Origin: Prasinococcaceae sp. CCMP 1430
Lineage: Eukaryota; Plantae; Prasinodermophyta
Length of the DNA stretch: 47,658 bases
NCBI GenBank assembly: GCA_013416795.1
Contig: RQSC01000154.1
Span: forward strand, 1 to 47,658
Direction of reading: 5' to 3'
The notes beneath the pieces were generated by a model that did not search any database, had not been told where the DNA came from, and worked only from the letters and a program-made list of their open reading frames with translations. Of this stretch, positions 37,092-46,718 are shown one piece after another. A program made the position numbers and the translations under genes. Position 1 is the stretch's first letter; the number at the start of each line of letters is the position of its first letter.

Positions 37092-38651
37092 ATGGCAGGC
37101 GCCGCGCCGGCTGAAGATGTGGCGACGCGCACGCGCGCCGCTACCAGCGCGGGCATGGCCAACAGGGAGATCAAGAAGGGCGTCGAAGCCACGCGCAGCG
37201 CGCTGCGGGAATTCTGGGAGCGCCGCGGGAAGCCGCAGCTCGCTGAAGACAAGCGCAGCAAGACAGCAGGGGGCAAGCATCGCCGCCTCGAGATGCATCG
37301 GCTCTGCCTTTGCGTGCTGGCCGCAGGCGGCCGCCCGCAGGTTGCGCAGAGACGCTGGTGGGCGTCAGTGGGCCGCACCGTGATGAGGCTCACGCGGGCA
37401 CAGCATGGCACGTCGTTCTCGAGCCTGATCACAAGGGCGTGGCGCGATTCGCTTGAATGCTTTGTTGACTCTCCAGAGCTCGAGAGGGTCCTCATCAAGT
37501 GGCCGGGGCTGGCGCAGCTCGCATATCCGAGCATGCACGCACTTGCAGTAGAAGCCAGCGGCGGCGCGGGCGAGGCTGTGCCCAAGGGTGGATGCGCGGG
37601 CAAGGGAACGAAGCGCATGCGGGCCAGCGAACCCGATGACGAAGACAGCGGCCCGCGAATTGATGGCCCGCATCGCTCCAGCAAGATCCTGTCTCCGGGT
37701 GCCCCGGCCGCGGCAGCGGCGGAGAAGCACGAACGCGCGCTTGACACACGTCGAGATGGAGGGGCAGAGTGCGACTCAGGAGGGGCGCGCCAGCAGCCGG
37801 AGGACGAGATCCTGGAGAACAGAGGTGGCAACGAAGGGCCGCCGGCACTGGAACTCCCGGCCTCCGCCAACGCCGATGCGGATGCAGCCGACGTGGGGGC
37901 GCTGCTGCAGCAGCTTCCTTTCAACTCGCCTCCTTCCAGAACGCGCGCGTACTGGAGCCGCGCCGATGACGATGCTGGCCACTCGATGACGGTGAGCTCA
38001 AGCGTCCTCCCTCTGACGTACCGCGACCTGCAGTGCGGCGCACCCGCCGGCGGTTCCGATGACGACGTCGCAGGATGGGCGGGGTATCTCACTGTGCCTG
38101 GCTTCGCGGTCTCCGATCTCACCGTCCACATCGACGAGGAACTGATGCTTGTACACGTGCGTGGGAATCCAGGTCAGGGTATCTCAGCGCGAGTCTCTCG
38201 GGCCGTCTGGGACACGATGGGCGTGAACGGCGCAACGGAGGCAGCGCTGCGACACTCGCAGGAGAGTGTCGGCAATGGCCACTCCGGCCGTCGGCACAAC
38301 GCGGGATCGATGCCACCACAGGCCGGCAGGGGCAGTCTCGACGGCATTGATGCCGACAGGGACACCGCCAGTGCTGATGCTGCGGCGGCGAGCGCGGGCG
38401 CGCAAGCCTTGCAAGGCCCAGCCTCGGCGGCGATGTACAGCAGCTGGGGCATCGCGAGCTTCTCTCGTGTGCTCAAGCTGCCACCTTGGAGCCAGGTGCG
38501 CTCGAGTGGCGTCCGCGCGAAGTTGCTTGCCCATGGCCTCATGTTCTTGTGGATTCCTCGAGGCGGCGACGGACGCACGATGACGAAGGACACCGCTGCC
38601 AGGGAAGAGCAACAGACCCCTCGCTCTGCGGCTTTGGCGGACCGCACATGA
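37092..38651 (+). CDS. ARID DNA-binding domain + C-terminal HSP20/alpha-crystallin domain protein
   Basis: LREFWERRG..GGKHRRLEMHRL..VLAAGG..V..RRWWASVG (ARID); YLTVPGFAVSDLTVHI..VHVRG and FSRVLKLP..VRAKL..GLMFLWIPR (ACD). Confidence 0.8.
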   Translation: MAGAAPAEDVATRTRAATSAGMANREIKKGVEATRSALREFWERRGKPQLAEDKRSKTAGGKHRRLEMHRLCLCVLAAGGRPQVAQRRWWASVGRTVMRLTRAQHGTSFSSLITRAWRDSLECFVDSPELERVLIKWPGLAQLAYPSMHALAVEASGGAGEAVPKGGCAGKGTKRMRASEPDDEDSGPRIDGPHRSSKILSPGAPAAAAAEKHERALDTRRDGGAECDSGGARQQPEDEILENRGGNEGPPALELPASANADADAADVGALLQQLPFNSPPSRTRAYWSRADDDAGHSMTVSSSVLPLTYRDLQCGAPAGGSDDDVAGWAGYLTVPGFAVSDLTVHIDEELMLVHVRGNPGQGISARVSRAVWDTMGVNGATEAALRHSQESVGNGHSGRRHNAGSMPPQAGRGSLDGIDADRDTASADAAAASAGAQALQGPASAAMYSSWGIASFSRVLKLPPWSQVRSSGVRAKLLAHGLMFLWIPRGGDGRTMTKDTAAREEQQTPRSAALADRT

Positions 38652-39111
38652 GCAATGCGAAGCAGCCCGAGCGAGACAGCCAATCGCCGGCCGCGATCCA
38701 ACAATGAATGAGGAAGGAGGCATGCTGACTTCGACAGCAATCGACCAGAATGCATGCTGCATAGACGCGACAAATTACTCTACTGAACGGGCCGTCGTCG
38801 CAAGGCGGGGCGACATTCTACGCATTCATGCCCACCGTACCTACATCAAAGTGACTGGGAGGTTGCAGCGCGATGCGATTGCACCACATGGACGGCCGCG
38901 CACGCGTGCGCAGTCCCAGAGTCACGAATACGCAATCATTACATCTTTCTCCTGCCTGGTGCGCGCCCGTGCGCGCTGGTGGCAGCGCCGCCACCTCCTC
39001 TCTCGACTTTCGCCGCGCAGCTTACGTCAGCCTGGACACTCCACTCGGCTGTCGATAGGATGCCAACTTCCCCTCAGCTCTCGGAGCCTCTTCCACGGTC
39101 CGCTCGCCGCG

Positions 39112-40698
39112 CTAGGCCAGGGTCCGGCGTGTGTGCCTCGTCTCGTCGCGTTCGGCGCGCCTGTGACCGGCGCCATCACGCTCGGCTCGTTCGCTCCTCT
39201 CGCGGCGCTCGTCGGCCTTGCGGCGGCGCAGCGCCTCGTATGCCTCTTCCTGTTCGGTGCGATTGTAATACGAGGACCGAATCCACTTCGTGGCGGTGCG
39301 CTTGTCGCCTTTGAGGACCCTGCAACCGGAATGCAGCGCGTGCGCGTGCGTGCCGTTCGGGTGGTAGTCGTGAAACATGATAGCCCAGCCCTTGCGAGGT
39401 GGCACGCTCAGCCCGGGCTTACGCTCGCCACCGCACATGCACTCGGCTCCGTGCACCTCGTTGCCGTCCGCGTCAAGGGGTATGCCGTGGGGGAAGTACG
39501 TCTCGCCGCCTTCCTCGACGTCGGTAAGGTACACAAGCACTGTAACCACGCGGTCGCCAGAGCTTGGTGCGTACAGGTCCATGTGCCCAATGCCGAACCA
39601 GTCCTCGTGCGGCACGTAGAACGCTCCGGGCTTGTAGTGAAGCAGCTGGTAGGTTTCTTGGTTCTCCACTGGAAGGCGCGAGAGTCGCGCGATCCGTGCC
39701 TCGGTCGCACGAACCACGGGATCGTCTCTCAGCCAGCCCGAGATGTCGGCACTCGTGCTCGTGCGTATCGTGCTCGCCTTCCCCGCTTCGGCGCTCTCGG
39801 TCTCGGCGGCTGTTTGACTGGCGGCCATTGCGGGTTCGCCCAGTGCGATCAGATGATCGCACTCAGCCTCGCTGAACAGGTTGGCGATCAGAAAGGCGCG
39901 GGCGGGCCGCCAGCTGAGCACCTGAATGGGGGCCTCCATGCCCGCGCCTAGGCCGCTGTGAGCCGACCTGCGCCAAGTCGCCGAGCTCAGCCGCCGTGCC
40001 TCCGCCTCGTCAACTCGATCAGTGGCGGCCTCGACCATGCGCGCGGTGGCATTCTCGCACCAGCCACACGTGCGCGCGCACAGAACGTGCAGGCCGATGC
40101 GGTTGTTGACGCATTCGCCCTGCTCTTTCCACAGTGGGCACTCGGAACGCTCGTCAGCGCACGACGCCTGCAGGTCACCCTGGCGACCCGCGCTCGGCGA
40201 GATGTATTCATCGATCACTAGCTCTCCAGAAGCGGCACGCAGCCACTCTTTAGCGGACAGGGCATCGCCGACGTCGCCATCGGTGGCGCCTGTGCCGCCG
40301 TCGCCGTGACGTGCAGCGTGGTGCGCGGCAGCCGCGGCGCTCTCGGCGGCCTCCGCGGCGGCTTCCGCGGCAGCCACCTCGGCGTCGGCGGAGTCGTCCA
40401 GACTGCGCCCGCGAGTTGACTGGAGCGCGGCTTCTGCGCCATCGCCCCCGTTGGCTTCTGCAAGGCCAGCGGCCTTGCCCGCGCGGAACCCCGCATAGCC
40501 AACCGACGTGATGACCAAGGTGGCCGCGAGCGCGGCCAGCGCCGCACGCCCGATCACGCGCGCATTCACCGGCCCGCCGGCGCGCGCGATAGCGCGCGAA
40601 CGCACGTGCCGCCGCGCGGCCTCCTCGGGCGTGACCGGAGTTTGGGACGCGCTGGCGCCCACACCACCGCCCCTCGCGCCCCTGCCGCCCACAGGCAT
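39112..40698 (-). CDS. P4H: Prolyl 4-hydroxylase with type II membrane anchor and an ShKT domain
   Basis: VLSWRPARAF..SEAECDHLI, IRTS, QLLHYKPGAFYVPHEDWF, RVVTVLVYLTDVEEGGETYFP, LHSGCRVLKGDKRTATKWIR. ShKT: CADERSEC..GEC..LCARTCGWC. Confidence 0.92.
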   Translation of the reverse strand: MPVGGRGARGGGVGASASQTPVTPEEAARRHVRSRAIARAGGPVNARVIGRAALAALAATLVITSVGYAGFRAGKAAGLAEANGGDGAEAALQSTRGRSLDDSADAEVAAAEAAAEAAESAAAAAHHAARHGDGGTGATDGDVGDALSAKEWLRAASGELVIDEYISPSAGRQGDLQASCADERSECPLWKEQGECVNNRIGLHVLCARTCGWCENATARMVEAATDRVDEAEARRLSSATWRRSAHSGLGAGMEAPIQVLSWRPARAFLIANLFSEAECDHLIALGEPAMAASQTAAETESAEAGKASTIRTSTSADISGWLRDDPVVRATEARIARLSRLPVENQETYQLLHYKPGAFYVPHEDWFGIGHMDLYAPSSGDRVVTVLVYLTDVEEGGETYFPHGIPLDADGNEVHGAECMCGGERKPGLSVPPRKGWAIMFHDYHPNGTHAHALHSGCRVLKGDKRTATKWIRSSYYNRTEQEEAYEALRRRKADERRERSERAERDGAGHRRAERDETRHTRRTLA

Positions 40699-41069
40699 CC
40701 CCCCGCCAAACGCGGCGGCGACACGCTCGCTTTCCGCTCGCCTCGCCTCCCGCCCGCCTGCGGACCCCCCGCGTGCGCCCCGCAGTGTGGCGCGTGCGCG
40801 CACCCGAGCGCGCGCCCCCGCGGGGGGTGTTACCGCGCCGGCGCTGCCGGCCAATGCATTTTGATGTGGGGAAATTGAGACAAATCCGCTGCATTAGTGG
40901 GTAACATTGAGTGGGCCGCCTCGCGCGCCTGCAAGCCCGAGTGTTGCCAGGGGGCAACTCGAGGCAGAGCGCGCGCGCCGCGCTGTGCGCTCGCGCGGGG
41001 GCTGCCAGGGGGCGTATTCGAGGCGCGCGGCGGGCGGAGCCGCCAGCACCGGCGGGTCGGTGTTGGCGG

Positions 41070-43217
41070 NGAACGGCCCGCCTGGCACTGGCCGCGCCGC
41101 GCCGCGCCGCGCGCGCCGTAGCCGCTGGCGTGAAAGTCGGCAATGAGGCGCTGCGAGTCGCCGCCGCGCAGCCCGCCGTTCCAGGCGGCACGGCATACAC
41201 CTCCCCCACCGAAGACTCGCCGGCTGCTGCAGGCACCAACAGCGGCGCCGCTGCCGCCGCGGGAGCGGCGGTCTCGATCGCTGCTGCAGCGGCGGCGTGG
41301 CGGCGCTGGGGCACCGACGTGTTGAGGAGGCGCGCGCGCGATGCCAGCGAGGAAGGCTCGGGTGGAGGCGCCTTTGACAGCTCGAAGCTCTTCAAAACGG
41401 TCCTGGACGAACCGACGGCCTCCTTCCTGGCCAAGCTGCCGGACGCCTTGCAAGCCGTCGACGACGCCTATTACGGCTCGGGTGGGAACGCGGAGCGCCT
41501 GACATTCCCCCGCGAGATGCGCGCACTGAAGGCGTTGGCGCGCGAGTTCCCCCTTGAGACCAAACCAGGCGGCGCGCCTTCTCGTCTGCCGTACGCCGAG
41601 GCGCTAAGCGCGGCGCGGCGGACGCTACCGGCCCCGTCGAAGGCGGAGCTTGCGCTGGGCGCGCGCATGCTCACCTTCGCTGAGGCCGCTTACGAGGCCC
41701 CTTCTGTCATCCACGAGGCATGTCGCGCAGAGGGGTACGAGGTCCTCTATGTCGAGCCTATCTCTCGGCCGGGCGCACCCGCTCATTTCCTGGCATTCTC
41801 CCCGCACGCCAAGACGGCCGTCCTTTCCGTGCGCGGCACCAACACAGTGGCAGATGTGCTCACAGACTTGGTGCACACGGTCGAGCCCATTCGCGCGCCC
41901 GGCGCATCGGCAAAGACCGACGTCGGTGCGGACGGCACATCGACGGCTGCCGCTGTCGCCACCTCCGACGTGCCCTTACGCAGCGACAGCGACGACGTGG
42001 CGGGTGCCGACGGCGTCGCCACAGCGCACGGTGGGATGTTGGGGGCCGCGTTGCATGTGGTGACACGCGCGACGCCAGCACTGCGCGAGCTCCTCGCGCC
42101 GGGGGGCTACCGTCTGATCATCACTGGGCACTCGTTGGGGGCAGGTACCGCCGCGCTCGCGGCGATGATGCTCTCCTCGGTCGCCGCGCCGCGCAGCGTG
42201 AGCGAAGAGCTGCGCGAAGCTGCGTCCGCGGCGGGCCAGGCCTACTGGCGCGCCGCCGAGTGGAGCGCCGAGGCTCTGCAGTCTGAGGCGGCCTCGAAGC
42301 GCGATGTCGCAACGGCGGCCGTGGCCGGAGATTCCGACGAAGAGGGCAGCGGCTCTGACCGCTACGGCCTGGCGGCGCTCGTGCAGAGTGCTGCCGACGC
42401 GCTCGACCGCGCCGCGAGCGCTGTGCAACAGCCACGGAAACGCTGGCCCACGCCGCTCGAGGGCGTCAACTGCGTGGCCTTCGCGCCGCCGCCTGTGGTC
42501 GACGCGCGCACAGCACTGGCCAGCGCCGCTGTGGGTCGCGCCTACGGCCAGGTCGCTCCCGGCGACAGCGCGGACCTTGCCGATGCTCTGGCTGGCTCCC
42601 TCTCCATTGATGCGCTGCGAGACGGCGATGCCGCCGCCGGGCTGAAGGACGCCCTCGCGCGTGGGGCCGCGACGCTGGCGGCATTCGGCGCCGACGACGC
42701 GCCGCTGGTGCTGTCCTTCTGCGCGAGGGAGGATGCGGTGCCGCGCACGTCCATGCGCAATGTGCGCGCCTTTGCGCAGCTCATCAGCGAGGTGGACAGC
42801 GCCCTGGAGAGCGGGCAGGGGCTTGAGGAGGGGCACGCCCTCGAGATGCTTCGCGGCTCGGCTTCCCACGACTTTGGCATGGGCGCGCGGGACTTGCTGG
42901 TGCCCGGCCGCGTGGTCATGCTCGCGTCCGACGCCCCCCGCCCAAGCAGCGGCGAAGCAGCTGACGGCGACGATGGATCGACGGATGGTGAGACGTGGTG
43001 GGCCGTGGTCGGCAGCGGCCAGTCGCTCGAGTGCCTGCGCTATGCTGAGCTGGCGCCCCGCTCGATAAGCGATCACATGGCGCCCGTGTACCGCCTCGCA
43101 CTGGGAGCCGCGTCAAGCGACGGGGGCCGGGCCGACGCGACGCGCGACGGCGGCGAATTCAAGGCGTGGCTGCGCGGGCGGAGCACCGAGGCGCGCGCCG
43201 CTGCGGGCTCGCCTTGA
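41070..43217 (+). CDS. Class 3 lipase (DAG-lipase-like); start probably hidden at the single N (41070)
   Basis: LSVRGT..DVLTD, AHGGML, ITGHSLGAG (GxSxG), CVAFAPPP, DAVPR and SDHM. A transit-peptide-like RTARLALAAPRRAARAVAA begins right after the N. The first in-frame ATG (41518) seems too late. Confidence 0.85.
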   Translation, partial: XTARLALAAPRRAARAVAAGVKVGNEALRVAAAQPAVPGGTAYTSPTEDSPAAAGTNSGAAAAAGAAVSIAAAAAAWRRWGTDVLRRRARDASEEGSGGGAFDSSKLFKTVLDEPTASFLAKLPDALQAVDDAYYGSGGNAERLTFPREMRALKALAREFPLETKPGGAPSRLPYAEALSAARRTLPAPSKAELALGARMLTFAEAAYEAPSVIHEACRAEGYEVLYVEPISRPGAPAHFLAFSPHAKTAVLSVRGTNTVADVLTDLVHTVEPIRAPGASAKTDVGADGTSTAAAVATSDVPLRSDSDDVAGADGVATAHGGMLGAALHVVTRATPALRELLAPGGYRLIITGHSLGAGTAALAAMMLSSVAAPRSVSEELREAASAAGQAYWRAAEWSAEALQSEAASKRDVATAAVAGDSDEEGSGSDRYGLAALVQSAADALDRAASAVQQPRKRWPTPLEGVNCVAFAPPPVVDARTALASAAVGRAYGQVAPGDSADLADALAGSLSIDALRDGDAAAGLKDALARGAATLAAFGADDAPLVLSFCAREDAVPRTSMRNVRAFAQLISEVDSALESGQGLEEGHALEMLRGSASHDFGMGARDLLVPGRVVMLASDAPRPSSGEAADGDDGSTDGETWWAVVGSGQSLECLRYAELAPRSISDHMAPVYRLALGAASSDGGRADATRDGGEFKAWLRGRSTEARAAAGSP

Positions 43218-43440
43218 CAGAGGCGCTCGCACTGCGCACGTGTAATAATTGCTGCGCCGGTGCTCCCGGACAAGAAAGTGCTAAAATTGCTTTGTACTGT
43301 GCGTGCGACTCGCGACTGCGTGTGTCGATGGCGCGCGTCGTCGGCGTGGTGGGTATTCCCTTATGCTTCTGAAACGGCCACGTCGCGCGCCTGCGCCTCC
43401 TCCGGCTTTCCTCTTCGGCCACTCGGCCCTAGTCTCTCAC

Positions 43441-44415
43441 TCAATAGCGCGTGGGGGTGCGCACGGGCGCGTCGGTCGGCGTGATGGGCGACTCGGTGGG
43501 GATGACGGGCTCGATTGGCGCCTTGGTGGGGGGCGGCACGGGCCTGTCCGTCGGCGACTTGGTGGGCGAGGGAGTGGGCCTGACGGGCGCCGCGGTGGGC
43601 GCGTTGGTTGGCGAGCACGTGCACGGCGGGCAGACGGGTGCGGTCGGCGCATCCGTCGGCGTGATGGGCGACTTGGTGGGGACCGGCACTGGCCTGACGG
43701 GTGCGTCGGTCGGCGTGATGGGCGACTTGGTGGGGATCACGGGCTCGATGGGCGCCTTGGTGGGCACCGGCACGGGGCGCACGGGCGCCTCGGTGGGGCT
43801 CACGGGCTCGAAGGGCGCCTTGGTGGGCACCGGCACGGGGCGCACGGGCGCCTCGGTGGGGCTCACGGGCTCGAAGGGCGCCTTGGTGGGCACCGGCACG
43901 GGGCGCACGGGCGCCTCGGTGGGGCTCACCGGCTCGAAGGGCGCGTCGGTCGGCGTGATGGGCGACTTGGTGGGCGGCTCCACGGGCGCGTCGGTCGGCG
44001 TGATGGGCGACTTGGTGGGCACCGGCACGGGGCGCACGGGCGCCTCGGTCGGGCTGGCGGGCTCAATGGGCGCCTTGGTCGGGCTGGCGGGCTCGATGGG
44101 CGCCTTGGTTGGGCTGGCGGGCTCGATGGGGGCCTTGGTCGGCACCGGCACGGGCCTGACGGGCGCCTCGGTCGGGCTGGCGGGCTCGACGGGCGCCTTG
44201 GTCGGGCCGAGGGGCTCGACGGGCGCCTTGGTCGGGCCGAGGGGCTCGACGGGCGCCTTGGTGGGCGGCGGCCCCTTGGTGACGGGCGCGACGGGCGCCT
44301 TGGTTGGGGGGCTCCTCACTGTGGCGGTGCCAAAGGAGATGTCACCAAGGGCGCCTCTAGTGGCGCTCAGCCCAACTGTGGCGCACAGCGCCGCGAGCAC
44401 GGCTGCACGGCCCAT
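43441..44415 (-). CDS. Secreted Pro/Thr-rich repeat (mucin/HRGP-like) protein
   Basis: Signal-peptide-like MGRAAVLAALCATVGLSA, then many PT[KED][AS]P repeats organised as 63-bp and 30-bp DNA units. Confidence 0.85.
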   Translation of the reverse strand: MGRAAVLAALCATVGLSATRGALGDISFGTATVRSPPTKAPVAPVTKGPPPTKAPVEPLGPTKAPVEPLGPTKAPVEPASPTEAPVRPVPVPTKAPIEPASPTKAPIEPASPTKAPIEPASPTEAPVRPVPVPTKSPITPTDAPVEPPTKSPITPTDAPFEPVSPTEAPVRPVPVPTKAPFEPVSPTEAPVRPVPVPTKAPFEPVSPTEAPVRPVPVPTKAPIEPVIPTKSPITPTDAPVRPVPVPTKSPITPTDAPTAPVCPPCTCSPTNAPTAAPVRPTPSPTKSPTDRPVPPPTKAPIEPVIPTESPITPTDAPVRTPTRY

Positions 44416-45031
44416 CGTTACGGGGCGGGGGCTGGCGGGGGCGGCGGTCCAAGCAGCACGCGCTTGTTGCGCACGGTGTGGCCGACACGCGCCCGCAAGC
44501 CGCCGTCACCGACACCGCGGCGTGCGTGTGCCGGGTACTGTGCCCGCAAACATGCTGCATCGTACTGCTAATTCTCGAGGTCGGCAAACCATCCTTGTAT
44601 CGCCGCCGCACGCAGCACGGGCCACGGGCTACGAGTGGCACGCCTGCGCACACGTTGCTGCGCACACGTTGACAGCGTTGTTTGCACTTGGCGCGCGATA
44701 CAGAGTGTTTGCAGCGCACACTCCGTTGCCGCGCGCATCTTGCCCCCCTTACGCAGTATGGCTCGCCGCTTTTGCCCGCAACGACCCCGCCGCTGCACTT
44801 GGCGGCGGCCAGTCAACGCGCAGCGCGGGCCTGCTCTTCCCTACAGCGTGTGCTCGGCAGGCGGTGAGGTGGGACGGGGCGGCACACTGGCGCCGCGCCG
44901 CGCGCGCGGTGTGGCGCCGCACGCCTGGCGCACTCCTCGAAAGCATCGTACAGTCGCGACAAACAAACAGACCCGATTGATTGAAGACGACGTCGTACAC
45001 CGTTGATAAGGCACATGCAATGAGAAATTTT

Positions 45032-45039
45032 AAACCCTA
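45032..45039 (+). promoter_or_regulatory. Telo-box-like AAACCCTA with degenerate neighbours (CACCCTAA, AACCTAAA)
   Basis: Exact motif in an AT-rich intergenic island. Confidence 0.35.
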
Positions 45040-45447
45040 CACACTTCTTCACCCTAATATATTCGAACCTAAATCGACGCGGCGACCGCGTCGCCCGCTC
45101 GCGTGCCCGCCCGCGGTCAGCCGCGGCGCGACTGCAGCCTGCTTCATCCGCTGCTGTGCTCACAATGCGCAAAAAAAGGCGGCGGCGTGCCGGCCCCGCT
45201 GTCCGCGCACGAGCGCACCCGGCGGTGATGGCCCCCTCTCCTCAGCTATCCGCGCGCGGTGCACCGGCGGCGCCGCTCTCGGGCGTGCGCGCAGCGGCAG
45301 CGCGGATTTTGCGGCGGAGACGTCGTCGGGCCGTTTGCAGGCGCGCGCGTGCGCGCGTGCGCGGCGTACGAGGGCGTCGATGACCCACGCGATGATCTTG
45401 CGCGTCGCCACCGTCGTCGGCGCGCCGATCCGGCGCCTGCCGTCCTC

Positions 45448-45756
45448 TCAGCCAGTGATGACGCCGTCGGTGCAGTGCGGGCACTTGTAATCGCCCGCGC
45501 CGCCGCAGCGCTCGCAATCGACGTACATGGTCGCCCATGGCGAGCCGTCCAGCGACTGCTCCACGTTGGGCTCCCCGTATATGAGCTCGTCGGGCGCGCG
45601 ATCGATGGAGCGGCGCACGCGGTCCCAGTAGTCGCTGGGGATCGTCACGGGGTAGCGCCCCGCGCCGTTGCACTTCGAGCAGCGCAGCATGCCGAAGCCA
45701 CCGCACGCTCCGCACCGCGCGCGCCTTCGCGCACTCTCTCGTATATTTTTTCTCAA
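45448..45756 (-). CDS. DnaJ-type Cys-rich zinc-finger protein (4x CxxCxGxG-like); 5' exon uncertain, possibly from ATG 45950
   Basis: CGACGGFG, CSKCNGAG, CERCGGAG and CPHCTDG. The ORF-track start is TTG, so an upstream exon is probably needed. Confidence 0.8.
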   Translation of the reverse strand: MRKNIRESARRRARCGACGGFGMLRCSKCNGAGRYPVTIPSDYWDRVRRSIDRAPDELIYGEPNVEQSLDGSPWATMYVDCERCGGAGDYKCPHCTDGVITG

Positions 45757-45949
45757 GCTATTAATACCATTCCCCCTCCTCTCAGGACCACCCGCGCGCC
45801 TGCGCGCGCTGCCGGCGCGCTCGGACGGCCGGTCCTCGCACGCGCCTCGCTCGCTACTCTCGCAGGCCGCACGTCGATGTTGTCAGCCTCCGTCGTCTCG
45901 CCGCTCCGGTGCCCTGAACAGGTCGCGGTGCGCGCACCCCCGCCGCGCA

Positions 45950-46718
45950 TCAGTCCGCCAGCTGCGGGCAGCAGGCGCGAGCGTCAGCGCGGGGCACCGA
46001 GCTGCGCGTGGGGTGCGCTCCTGCGCGCGGGCTCACACTCGGCTCGCCCGCAGGGACGAACGCGCACGATCGGGGGTGTCTCCCACGGAGCGGCGAGCGC
46101 GCCAGCCGCGAGCGCGCGCGTGCGCGCACCAGCGCGCGCGCGTGTGAGAGAGAGAGCGCAGGAGGGAGAGGGGACAGGGAGAGAGCGCGCACCTGCCACA
46201 GCCCGAGCGCCGGTCCCACGAAGCGGATGCACACCCAGATGAAGGCCAGCGCGAACGAGCCGTACCACGCCGTCTCGTTGAGCCACCATAGGAGGCCCTT
46301 CTGCCCGACGTAGGCGCTGTAGAGCTTGCCGGGCAGCGACTTGCCCTCGAAATCGGGGTCCTCCCAGAACGGCGGCAGCTCGTCCTTGCCGACGTCCGTG
46401 CTCGCGCGCACCGAGGGCATCATGCGGCGCGGCTCGGCCGCGGCGCCGCGGCTCGCCGCCGAGCGGTTTGCCTTCTTGCCCTTCTTCGCCCCGCCGCCGG
46501 CCTTGAGCAGCGCCTCCATCTCCGCGATGGAGTCGTCGCCGTCGGCGCCGCCCCCCTCGGCGCGCGCCGCCGCGCGCCAGCGCCCCAGCCGGCGCCACGC
46601 CGCGAGCGCCCGCTGTGGCGCGGCCCGCGAGCGAGCACCAGCTTTTTTTAATTTTGATTTTTGACTATTTTTGAAAATCAGTGCTCCAGCAAAAAAAAAG
46701 TCGCGAAAACCAAACCAT
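45950..46718 (-). CDS. Small, probably plastid membrane protein; exons 46718-46716 (proposed), 46612-46193 and 45961-45950
   Basis: PFWEDPDF..YVGQKGLLWWLN..FIWVCIRFVGPALGLWQ/LAD resembles a plant plastid protein C-terminus. Intron 45962-46192 is canonical. Transit-like RALAAWRRLGRWRAAARA precedes the mature part. Confidence 0.75.

Noticed and set aside
43451-44980. 509-aa Gly/Val-rich plus-strand ORF and other long antisense ORFs (e.g. 13516..14505, 26709..27659, 32925..34082, 40250..41434)
   Set aside because: Antisense shadows of genes identified on the other strand; stop codons are scarce in high-GC DNA.
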